Shown: one piece after another, positions 54,363 through 64,000 of the stretch
Layout of the letters: each line of letters begins with the position of its first letter
How positions within the stretch are numbered: the stretch's first letter is position 1
Source of the DNA: the human T2T-CHM13v2.0 reference genome, Homo sapiens
Reading direction: 5' to 3' (one strand)
Length of the DNA: 64,000 bases
NCBI RefSeq assembly: GCF_009914755.1
Contig: NC_060925.1
Program-made: the position numbers and the translations under genes
Notes under the pieces: generated by a model
Database searches by the model: none
The model's input: only the letters and a program-made list of their open reading frames with translations
Told to the model about the DNA's origin: nothing

Positions 54363-55607
54363 GCTAAGCCCTTCCTTTCCAGAGAGTGTCTTGGGGGGCA
54401 TCTGACTGCTTCCCCCCACCCTCTGCCAGGCATTGCTGGAGAATGTTAAGACGGCGATGGAGATGCCATCAACCCCACCCTGCAGAGCATCACCAGACAC
54501 CACCAGACCAAATTCACTTTCCAGCCCCTTCATGTTGAACCTGAAACTTGAGCTAGTGTCTTGGGAGAAAAGGGGGAAATCTCTACGAGGTACCCATCCT
54601 TCTGCACCTTAGGTCTGAGGTGCTTGGCCCCCTAGGAAGCCCTACATGAATGGGACAGAAGGTCCTTAACAACACTGGAGATGAAGCAGCCGATGCTGTT
54701 TTGGACAAATGAAACAGCGTCCCCTAACCAGCCCTTTCTATCTCATTGTTCTGACTTGGACACGCCATGGCTCACCGCTCCCAAAGTCCCCACTATGTCT
54801 CCCTAGCTGAGGAAATAAAAGCAGAGAGGGGTGATGAAACAGTGACGATCCTGGGGAAACAGCTGAGGAGGGGAGGGAGGGGGAAGAAGCCACTAAAAAA
54901 GTGAAATGTGCTTGGGAGAATCGGCCTGCCTGCAGGGTAGATGCCCTTTCTCTCTGCTGGCCAGCTCTGCCCCTCAGTGAGAAACTTTACATATTGCTAA
55001 GATGCCTGGCCAATGAAACAGTTCCAGAGACTTTATGTCCCCCAGTAGAAATATGAATAGAAATCACCCTGTGGGCAATGGTCCCATTTTAAAATATGCT
55101 GTCCCATTGTCCCCTAGAGCCTACTTTAACTTGTCAGACCATGTATTCCACTTCATATGCAAGAGGCATGCACTGAGCCCATAGGTGGCTAGGCAAACAC
55201 CCAATAGCTCCCTGAAATGGCTTCATTATGCAGCCTCGACAGCCACCCCAACCCTCCCACTCTCACACTGAAACACCCAGACCTAGAGATAGCTAGACAC
55301 ACCCAGACACCCGCCAAGCCCCTCACATACAGATATGTGCACAATGATACACAGCAAACGTACACAGAGTTCAGTACACACAAAGAGCTCACGCCCACGT
55401 GCACACACCCCTCAGTTGGGACAGAGTTGACCACCACCACCTTTCTCCCAAACACATGGCTTTTGAACTGCCTTTCCTTGGATCCAGTTCAAGGGGATGG
55501 AGGAGCAGTGAGAGTCAGCCGCCCTTCCACTCCAATTTCCCAGCACCTCCCTTATCTCTGCCTCACAAGTCACCCAGCCCCCCTCTCTTCCTTCCTTGTG
55601 CTTGAAG

Positions 55608-55724
55608 AATCTCTCCTTGCTGGAAAGCCCCCTGTTTTCTCAATCTCCCTTTCCACTTCGGTAAAATCTCTACTTGCTGGAAAGCCCCCTGTTTTCTCAA
55701 TCTCCCTTTCCACTTCGGTAAAAT
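55608..55724. repeat. 57-bp near-perfect tandem duplication in the ACKR1 promoter
   Basis: aatctct(c/a)cttgctggaaagccccctgttttctcaatctccctttccacttcggtaa at 55608-55664 and 55665-55721; 1 mismatch. Confidence 0.97.
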
Positions 55725-55839
55725 GCCCACTTTCTGGTCCCCACCTTTTTCCTGAGTGTAGTCCCAACCAGCCAAATCCAACCTCAAAACAGGAAGACCC
55801 AAGGCCAGTGACCCCCATAGGCCTGAGGCTTGTGCAGGC

Positions 55840-55985
55840 AGTGGGCGTGGGGTAAGGCTTCCTGATGCCCCCTGTCCCTGCCCAGAACCTGATGGCCCTC
55901 ATTAGTCCTTGGCTCTTATCTTGGAAGCACAGGCGCTGACAGCCGTCCCAGCCCTTCTGTCTGCGGGCCTGAACCAAACGGTGCC
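55840..55985 (+). promoter_or_regulatory. ACKR1: ACKR1 proximal promoter: KLF/Sp site gggcgtgg 55843-55850 and erythroid GATA1 box TTATCT 55916-55921 (c.-67T at 55919, functional allele)
   Basis: 55919 is exactly 67 nt upstream of the ATG at 55986; the base is T, so this is not the Duffy-null allele. Confidence 0.93.
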
Positions 55986-56006
55986 ATGGGGAACTGTCTG
56001 CACAGG
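55986..56006 (+). CDS. ACKR1: ACKR1 exon 1 (MGNCLHR), major 336-aa isoform
   Basis: gccATGG Kozak context; AGG|GTGAGT donor; 479-nt pyrimidine-rich intron 56007-56485. Confidence 0.97.
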
Positions 56007-56458
56007 GTGAGTATGGGGCCAGGCCCCAGAGTCCCTTATCCCTATGCCCCTCATTTCCCCTGCTGTTTGCCCCTCAGTCTTTATATCTCTTCCTTTTCCT
56101 CCTCATCTTTTCTCCCTTCCCGCTTTTTTCCTCTTCCTTCAAAGTCTTTTTCCTTCTCTCCTTCCTATGCTAGCCTCCTAGCTCCCTCTTGTGTCCCTCC
56201 CTTTGCCTTTGAGTCAGTTCCATCCTGGTCTCTTGGTGCCTTTCCTTCTGACCTTGCACTGCTCCTCCAGCCCCAGCTGCCCTGGCTTCCCCAGGACTGT
56301 TCCTGCTCCGGCTCTTCAGGCTCCCTGCTTTGTCCTTTTCCACTGTCCGCACTGCATCTGACTCCTGCAGAGACCTTGTTCTCCCACCCGACCTTCCTCT
56401 CTGTCCTCCCCTCCCACCTGCCCCTCAGTTCCCAGGAGACTCTTCCGGTGTAACTCTG

Positions 56459-57475
56459 ATGGCCTCCTCTGGGTATGTCCTCCAGGCGGAGCTCTCCCCC
56501 TCAACTGAGAACTCAAGTCAGCTGGACTTCGAAGATGTATGGAATTCTTCCTATGGTGTGAATGATTCCTTCCCAGATGGAGACTATGATGCCAACCTGG
56601 AAGCAGCTGCCCCCTGCCACTCCTGTAACCTGCTGGATGACTCTGCACTGCCCTTCTTCATCCTCACCAGTGTCCTGGGTATCCTAGCTAGCAGCACTGT
56701 CCTCTTCATGCTTTTCAGACCTCTCTTCCGCTGGCAGCTCTGCCCTGGCTGGCCTGTCCTGGCACAGCTGGCTGTGGGCAGTGCCCTCTTCAGCATTGTG
56801 GTGCCCGTCTTGGCCCCAGGGCTAGGTAGCACTCGCAGCTCTGCCCTGTGTAGCCTGGGCTACTGTGTCTGGTATGGCTCAGCCTTTGCCCAGGCTTTGC
56901 TGCTAGGGTGCCATGCCTCCCTGGGCCACAGACTGGGTGCAGGCCAGGTCCCAGGCCTCACCCTGGGGCTCACTGTGGGAATTTGGGGAGTGGCTGCCCT
57001 ACTGACACTGCCTGTCACCCTGGCCAGTGGTGCTTCTGGTGGACTCTGCACCCTGATATACAGCACGGAGCTGAAGGCTTTGCAGGCCACACACACTGTA
57101 GCCTGTCTTGCCATCTTTGTCTTGTTGCCATTGGGTTTGTTTGGAGCCAAGGGGCTGAAGAAGGCATTGGGTATGGGGCCAGGCCCCTGGATGAATATCC
57201 TGTGGGCCTGGTTTATTTTCTGGTGGCCTCATGGGGTGGTTCTAGGACTGGATTTCCTGGTGAGGTCCAAGCTGTTGCTGTTGTCAACATGTCTGGCCCA
57301 GCAGGCTCTGGACCTGCTGCTGAACCTGGCAGAAGCCCTGGCAATTTTGCACTGTGTGGCTACGCCCCTGCTCCTCGCCCTATTCTGCCACCAGGCCACC
57401 CGCACCCTCTTGCCCTCTCTGCCCCTCCCTGAAGGATGGTCTTCTCATCTGGACACCCTTGGAAGCAAATCCTAG
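56459..57475 (+). CDS. ACKR1: ACKR1 intronless minor isoform, 338 aa ([14 protein letters not shown]...)
   Basis: In-frame ATG at 56459 inside the 3' end of the intron. Confidence 0.85.
   Translation: MASSGYVLQAELSPSTENSSQLDFEDVWNSSYGVNDSFPDGDYDANLEAAAPCHSCNLLDDSALPFFILTSVLGILASSTVLFMLFRPLFRWQLCPGWPVLAQLAVGSALFSIVVPVLAPGLGSTRSSALCSLGYCVWYGSAFAQALLLGCHASLGHRLGAGQVPGLTLGLTVGIWGVAALLTLPVTLASGASGGLCTLIYSTELKALQATHTVACLAIFVLLPLGLFGAKGLKKALGMGPGPWMNILWAWFIFWWPHGVVLGLDFLVRSKLLLLSTCLAQQALDLLLNLAEALAILHCVATPLLLALFCHQATRTLLPSLPLPEGWSSHLDTLGSKS
56486..57475 (+). CDS. ACKR1: ACKR1 exon 2: atypical chemokine receptor 1 / Duffy antigen (7TM), FY*B allele (Asp42)
   Basis: tccag|GCG acceptor; [23 protein letters not shown]...[17 protein letters not shown]...LDTLGSKS*; seven hydrophobic segments; no DRY motif. 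Confidence 0.99.
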   Translation, partial: AELSPSTENSSQLDFEDVWNSSYGVNDSFPDGDYDANLEAAAPCHSCNLLDDSALPFFILTSVLGILASSTVLFMLFRPLFRWQLCPGWPVLAQLAVGSALFSIVVPVLAPGLGSTRSSALCSLGYCVWYGSAFAQALLLGCHASLGHRLGAGQVPGLTLGLTVGIWGVAALLTLPVTLASGASGGLCTLIYSTELKALQATHTVACLAIFVLLPLGLFGAKGLKKALGMGPGPWMNILWAWFIFWWPHGVVLGLDFLVRSKLLLLSTCLAQQALDLLLNLAEALAILHCVATPLLLALFCHQATRTLLPSLPLPEGWSSHLDTLGSKS

Positions 57476-57499
57476 TTCTCTTCCCACCTGTCAACCTGA

Positions 57500-57505
57500 A
57501 TTAAA
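57500..57505 (+). terminator. ACKR1 poly(A) signal ATTAAA
   Basis: 25 nt after the stop codon, followed by GT/T-rich downstream sequence (ggtggtttcttattttgt). Confidence 0.85.
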
Positions 57506-58062
57506 GTCTACACTGCCTTTGTGAAGCGGGTGGTTTCTTATTTTGTCTGGGGAGAAGAAGGAGAATGGAGAGAGAGACATTTTTATGTCAGACTTTCTTG
57601 CCAGTGTCTGCTTCTATAGCTGGCTTGGGAAGAAGGTGAATGATGAATAAATACCCTCAGGGTACACAGATGTTCTCTTGAGGTGTGGGGTCACGGCCAT
57701 CTCAAGGGAGAAGAGAAGAGGAACCAGAGCATGAGGGGAGTCATTAAACCAAAAAAAACAGAAGGGATGGCTTAGCTGGAAAAAAAGCTGTTCTGGGAAG
57801 CAAATGGAATAGGAACTCAAACTGAGAGATAAACAGTGAAGAGTGATGACAAAGCCCAGAGCAATACCACCTCCCCCTGTCCAACCTGCCCAGCCTCTGT
57901 CTTCTGTCTCCTCTCTGGCTTTGTTTAGTGATTAGGACAGTGGTGGGGAAGGTGAAAGAAGCATCCCAGGGGATGTTACTCAGTTCAGGGAACATATCAA
58001 GGTAATTTAAAAAGCCACTTCCTGGGAGTCATCTCTCCCAGGTTCCTCAGCATGACCTGAAT

Positions 58063-58090
58063 GTGTGTGCGTGTGTGTGTGTGTGTGTGT
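58063..58090. repeat. (TG)n microsatellite
   Basis: Directly visible. Confidence 0.93.
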
Positions 58091-60542
58091 TTACACATCT
58101 GTTTCTCGATCTGTTAGAATCTACCTTTATGTTAGATGTATGCATGTAAAAACATATGTCCACCCATGAGCTTGCATCTCTGTCAGCACCTGAACTGCGC
58201 ACACCTGTGCGTGTGCACTGACTTTTCTCAGGACCCAAACCCCCACTCAATTCTGCACTCATCCCTGTTCACAGGATATAGAATCGGGATTTATGACTCA
58301 CTCCTTACCCAAATGAGTTTTCTTTACCCTGGTTTTTAAGCCTAGTCTTTTCTGTGTAGGATGTGTGGAGGGAAGAAAAGATCAAGAAGTTGTGAAGGGT
58401 GGAGAAACTTGAAGGGGGAGGCCCTGATTTGATTCATCTTCTGCTTGGAATTCCCCGAATTTCCCTTTCAGAATCTCAGCTTTTGAAATAAACCTTTATT
58501 TCCCACATACATCTTTCCTTCCACCTTCCACACAATACCCCAATCCCCTGGGCACCTCTTTCCCAACCCCTGATTCTCTGGCTGCTTAATCATGACCTTT
58601 GAGATTTTTCTCAGTCTCTACCTACCCAAGTTTAGATGGCTGGAAGGACAGAAACCCCTCCTCATCAGGGGCACAGCTTTTACCACCAAGAGCAAATTCA
58701 CCCTCTACCCAAGAGGCTACAAAACAGTTAGTTCCTACCTCTAACCCAACTAAAGGCTGGGGAAACTTGAGCAGATACGTTCTATCAGTTTGAACCCAAT
58801 TACCATCTTACCATTTTCCAAAGATATGCTATACCTGGTTTCTTTACTAAAATGTTTCTGCTTGACTCTCTGGGCTTGGGAATAGTAGGCGAGTGCGGGA
58901 GAGGTGCAGAGATGAGTTAGAATAGCTTAGGCAGGAGGGTGCAAAAGGCTTAGGGAATTTTCCTGGGTGGGTGCCACGACAAAGCCTCTAAATCTCCCAC
59001 CTCCTGTCTCTTAGCAACCACCAGGTTAGCTCCTGATTGGTTCGTCCTCAATTGAAAGGCGGGATTTAGGGACCGATTGAGACGCGGGAGACATTCTGAA
59101 ACAGAAAGGAAGGGAGAGAAAATGAAGAGAAAGGAAATAATTTACAAACCTAAATTATGCTCTGGTTTCCAACCACAGTTCATGAATGTGTTCTAGTATT
59201 TTTTCCCCCGCTTTTTTTTTTCCAGGCTTCTCTCAATATCCCCCTCCCGTCCTTGACCACTCTTGCAATTCTACCAGATGTTGCTGTCCTCCCTTACAAG
59301 GTACTGATTTGGAAGCTGACCTAGTTGAGGGGGAGGAGAGGGCGTTTTTGACTCCCTGAATCTTCCAGTGTCAACCTGATGCAAGGGAGGCTTAATTTAA
59401 GACCAGTAGGCTTGTCTTATCTGCCCCCAACCCTGTGCCTCTGGATAGAAATCCCTGGTCAGTCAGTCCAGTTAGAGAGAACCCCAGACTCCTGGGTAAT
59501 AGCTTGGCAGCTCTCATGGCTTTCACAAGGGAAAGGCAGCTGCAGAAGCCCGAAGCTGCTAAGAGGTTAGGGTGGGCTGGAGACAGTGCCCTACCCCCGC
59601 CCCCTGCTACATCCTCCTCATCCCCACCCCCACCGGGATTGCTCCAGGCCTTTTGGGCTGCCCTTTCCCTGCCATTACCTAGGCAGCACTTGGAGAGCTC
59701 CTCCTTAAGTCTAACCCGGACCTCAGTCATTTCTTTAAAGCTTTCTTGGGGACCTGCCACCCCATGCATTTAACCCACTGCATGCCATCAACCACTCTAA
59801 AATTGGTCTGAGTCTGGCATCTTTTCTGCAACCCTTCAGGAATACAAATCCTGTCTCCTTAAAGCCCTTAAGAATTTAATCTTAGGGTTGGCAGGGACTT
59901 TAGCTGTGTATGAGATATTGGGCATCCTAGCTAAAGAAAAAAATCCTCTCAGAAAGATGAGAGCCAGGGAAGCAAGCTCTTGGGAAAACACAGGACCCTG
60001 AGGAAGGTCAGTTTGCTTTGCTTTCTAAAGGAGAGAGATCTATTATTCAAGGGAAGTTTGAACATCACATTGACGCTCATAGTTCATTTATTCCAAGCTG
60101 AGGCCCCTCCCTTAGGATTTAGAAAACAAATACTTGGTCCTCACACCCTTTTTCCATTCCTATTTCCCTATCCCCCAACCCCATCACCACCTTCCTCCCT
60201 CAGAGGAATTCTGATTGAGAACTTCACTGGGATTTCAAACCCAATTCATCGCCAACTCTAATTGCCAGAGATTTGCATGAAAACCATCGTATGCTATCTA
60301 ATTATTCTGACAACAGCAGCCCGCCGTCTGGGCACAAGGAGAATCGGAGTTTTAATTAACAATAATGCACCTTGCTGACGAATGCGACTGTTTAGGTTAA
60401 TTAACAAGTCCAAGTCCTTCCAAATCATCTCTAGACATCTAGGTGATTTGGGCAGGAAGGGTGTGGGGAACACAGGGAGGGATGGGGAGTGTTTAAGCAT
60501 CATTTCTGCAAAAATGCACGTTAGCTTTCTTCTTTCCTGTAA

Positions 60543-60924
<382 letters not shown>

Positions 60925-61175
60925 GGGAACATCATTTTAAGGGGATGTATCAGACATCTTTATGTTGCACTTAGATTTAGGAAATCTTTTGGATACATTT
61001 TTATAAATGAGAAGATTAAGTTCTTATAGCTCTCTAGTATCTCAAAATCATTGCCTGATTGTTTGCAAACTTGGTTTCTAGCATGAAAGTCTCAACTTCC
61101 CCATCAATGCCATTTGTCCTCAGCTTTCTCTATATGTTCCTACCACATCTGTGGTCATTTAAAGTTGCCTACTGC

Positions 61176-61280
61176 TTGTGAACCCGGGAGGTGGAGCTTG
61201 CAGTAAGCCGAGATCGCGCCACTGCACTCCAGCCTGAGCGACAGAGTGAGACTCCATCTCAAAAAAAAAAAAAAAAAAAA
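61176..61280 (+). mobile_element. Heavily 5'-truncated AluY-type element (last ~85 nt of the right arm plus A20)
   Basis: gtgaacccgggaggtggagcttgcag..gagatcgcgccactgcactccagcctg (AluY-type GGAGCTTGCAG); perfect 15-bp TSD AAAGTTGCCTACTGC. Confidence 0.92.
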
Positions 61281-63932
61281 GTTGCCTACTGCCTTTGGTT
61301 TCCCAGATAACGTGTCAAGTTTCACCCTTGCCCTCTTCAAAGATAACTGTATTTTTTTTTCCTGGGTAGTTCTCCGTATCATGCAAAAATACATTGTATG
61401 TAGCTCCAAACTGTACCTTTCATCTTTCTAGTCTTTCTAAGAGCATGGACCTAGTCTTTTTCCTCTAAATAGGGTATTGCTAATGTTTACGGGATAGGAG
61501 GAGGGTTATAGGCCTCTTAGAAAATCCAGTGATAGTAATAAACTTACTCTTTACAAAAATCCAATATTATACCCTAAATTTGGCATCTAGTTCTTCGCTA
61601 CTGCATTTAAGTTAATCCTGAGTGTTTCTGTACCCTCTGACAGCACTTCCACGATTAGCTGGTGGCCTTGTCTCCCCACAGCTCAAGAAGCTTTATGCTC
61701 ACGGGTGAATTTTGTTCTTTGAAGGAGCAAATCTGTTTTCCACTCTAAGAGTCTTTGCACTTGATATCTCTTCTGCCCCAAAAGCTCCTTCCTGTGCTCT
61801 TTATATGACCAACAACTTCTCGTCCTTGGGGTCTCTGTGCAAATATCACCTCCCTCAAGAGTGACCTTCCCTGACATCCAGTGGAATGTAGCCTGGCCAT
61901 GCCACACCCAATTATTCTCTACCAGTTCACCTCGGATGTTTCCACTGTAGCATTTATCACATGTTAAAATTTTATTTATTCGTTTATTTGCTTATCAGTT
62001 TACTGCTCGTCTACCTCCTCCCTCCAACACTAGAAAAGAAACTTCAACCATGCAAGAGTCCTTTCGCTGACTGGCACATGATCAGAGCTCAGGAAACATC
62101 TACTAAATACCCAAGTTAATTTCATGAATAAAGATTCATTGGCCACACTGGAACATTCACAGTCCAGAGAGGGAAGAGGAACAAGTAAGCAAATAATTGA
62201 TGCAGAAAACTGACCTCTTCTCCCTAAGTCCTCCAGAGCCTCTCCCATGTCATTCCAGTGTCTGGGGGCTGAAGAGGCTGGAGAATCTTCTGTAGATTTC
62301 CGGCCTGTGAACCTGTTTTTTTGTGTCAATTCATGGCTGACTGGAGCTGAGGACTTCACCACAGTTCCTGAACCACGCATTAAAGAAACAATGCTTCCTT
62401 TCCTTTGGGATACTGCCGGGTTTTTGGCCAGCAGGGGAAAACTGGGAAAGGTTGTCATTTTTCATCTTTGCTTGAGGAAAAGTGAGTCACTGAGACTCCC
62501 CCAGAGTTCTGGGAGACAAAGTCCTTCACTGGCTCGGAATCAAATTCATAGTCCAGCCACCTCCTCAGATTGCATCATTCTCAGGGAGAGCCCACTACCC
62601 CCCTTGGACCGAAAAGTCACCATGCTGATTTTTTTTTTCTTCGGTCTTCTCTCCTTCCTTTTAGTTTCAACTTAGCTCCCCTTCCAACCCTACCCCTTCC
62701 CCACCTGTGAACGCTGGTTCCTACTCTCACCTTCTGGCCTCTGTCGCCCCCCTGTGGCAATTGATGTCTCTGCAGTTTTGGGAACAGGATCGCCCTTTAA
62801 GGCACTTAGGGGTGTATAATTAATTTCATTTAAATAATTTGTTGAGTATCCACTACATTCAAGATGCTAGTGAAAGTACTGGAATACTTGGAAATGAATC
62901 ATACACAATTATTGGCATCAGAATCTCTCTGGGCCCACCTGGTCCCCCATCCCCTTCCTTCCTTCCTTCCTTCCTCGTTTCTCAAAATTTCCCAGTCCTC
63001 TCCCAAACAACCTTGAACAAATTTGGATCCCAGAACACATAGAAGATCCACAAATCCCTCAGTCACCTAGACTTCTCAGAGCAAACTTCTATTTCACAGT
63101 CAAAGGTCCGTAGCAAATCGCACAGCCTCTAGTCAGTGAGTGTTCCTGTCTCAGTGTCATGTTCAGAAGTGTTCCTTACATGCAGACACACAGAAGATAC
63201 AAGAGCAAGAAGCTCTTGCCCTTTCACACTCCTCCAGGGTGGTTGCGGTGGATTCTGGAAGCCAACGCACTGAAAGACAATTGCCCAGAGTAGAGGGAAT
63301 GGGTGTGGAGCCTTGGAGAAGAAAGTTCTTTACAAATTAGTTGGCCCTTTCCTGTCTGTGACCTGATGAAGAGGGGAGGAAGAAGTGGACTGTCTGTGCG
63401 ATCTGCCTGGATGCTTCCAAAAACACGACCATGCTTCTCCTCCTCCCATCATCTCCCTCAAGCCCCAGAACAGGGTTGTTCCCTTCACATACTGGGTTGA
63501 TTGACGGGGGACTTCCATGGAATGCTTTGGGGAATGTGACAAGAGCAAGTGAAGGGAAGGTCACTGGGATAGCAAACATATGCAGAAATTAAATAAAGTA
63601 TTATAGGGATTATGCAAAACCTGCGTTTAAAAATCAATTGCACAAAAACAGGATGGAAGATACCTGGCTCAACAGAAGTTCTTGTAAAAAAAAATTTTTA
63701 AAGACTTAGAGGTTTCACTTGGCTACAAGCTAAAGATGATTCAATAGTGCATGTGGTAGCCAAAACACTAATGCAGACTCAACTGCATTAAGAGACAAAG
63801 TGTACAGGACGAGGGAGTGCACAGCACCACCCCTGCCCTGGACAGGCCATAGTTAGAATAGAGGGCTTGGCTCTGGGTACTGCATGTTTAAAGGCCACTA
63901 ACAAATGAGAGTTCTTAAAAAGGGGGTGGCCA

Positions 63933-64000
63933 GGCTGGGTGCAGCTGCCACGCTTATAATCGTAACATTCTGGAAGGCTGAGGTGGGCAGATTGCTTAAG
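63933..64000 (+). mobile_element. 5' end of an old Alu (AluJ/FLAM-like), runs off the window
   Basis: ggctgggtgcag..cacgcttataatc..ggaaggctgaggtgggcagattgcttaag. Confidence 0.8.

Larger units (their letters stand above)
45351..59000 (-). ncRNA. CADM3-AS1: Probable antisense lncRNA unit (CADM3-AS1); exon structure not determinable from sequence, ends approximate
   Basis: A CADM3 antisense lncRNA is annotated at this locus (recalled). Sequence shows a promoter-like cassette at ~59010-59090 and a minus-strand AATAAA at 45376-45381. Confidence 0.4.

Noticed and set aside
55217-55855. 212-aa ORF with an internal repeated peptide upstream of ACKR1
   Set aside because: The repeat only reflects the 57-bp (19-codon) promoter duplication; no recognisable domain.
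56330-56458. 43-aa N-terminal extension of ACKR1 in the ORF track (381 aa)
   Set aside because: It starts at a TTG inside the pyrimidine-rich intron; the first in-frame ATG is 56459.
50911-56486. In-frame CADM3-ACKR1 fusion protein by intergenic splicing
   Set aside because: CADM3 donors are phase 1 (one is phase 2) while the ACKR1 exon-2 acceptor is phase 0, so direct splicing would be out of frame.
62742-62760. CTCF-like motif (reverse complement tgccacaggggggcgac)
   Set aside because: Two mismatches in the core; cannot be supported without ChIP data.
63822-63850. Split RE1-like site (cagcacc...ggacaggcc)
   Set aside because: The half-site spacer does not fit canonical or common non-canonical REST spacing.

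Overview
Human genomic DNA, recognisable as the 1q23.2 CADM3-ACKR1 (Duffy/DARC) locus. Bases 1-21.9 kb are repeat-rich intergenic sequence: two 5'-truncated L1PA copies, Alus, an MLT1 LTR, old L1M/L2/MIR and MER DNA-transposon relics. CADM3 (nectin-like 1/SynCAM3) lies on the + strand. It has a CpG-island promoter at about 22.4-23.4 kb and 10 coding exons from ATG 22798 to TAG 51948. I assembled the exons by hand with GT-AG boundaries; they give 398 aa, or 432 aa with the 102-nt cassette exon 40806-40907. ACKR1 follows closely on the same strand (exon 1 CDS 55986-56006, 479-nt intron, exon 2 56486-57475). The haplotype is FY*B (Asp42) with an intact erythroid GATA box, Arg89 and Ala100. Intron 1 of CADM3 holds a tailless, TSD-flanked 5S rRNA retropseudogene. 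No microbial-type novel system is present. The most interesting unexplained structure is regulatory: (i) weak CADM3 3'-end signals just upstream of ACKR1, suggesting read-through, overlapped by a probable antisense unit ending at a MER58-derived poly(A) signal; (ii) a 57-bp ACKR1 promoter duplication that doubles an NF-kB site; (iii) 146-bp direct repeats with a STAT/GAS palindrome bracketing the cassette exon; (iv) a candidate cryptic exon in a CpG-rich intronic patch; (v) an apparent gene-conversion tract between the two L1s. Repeat-family calls come from recalled consensus sequences, not a RepeatMasker run.
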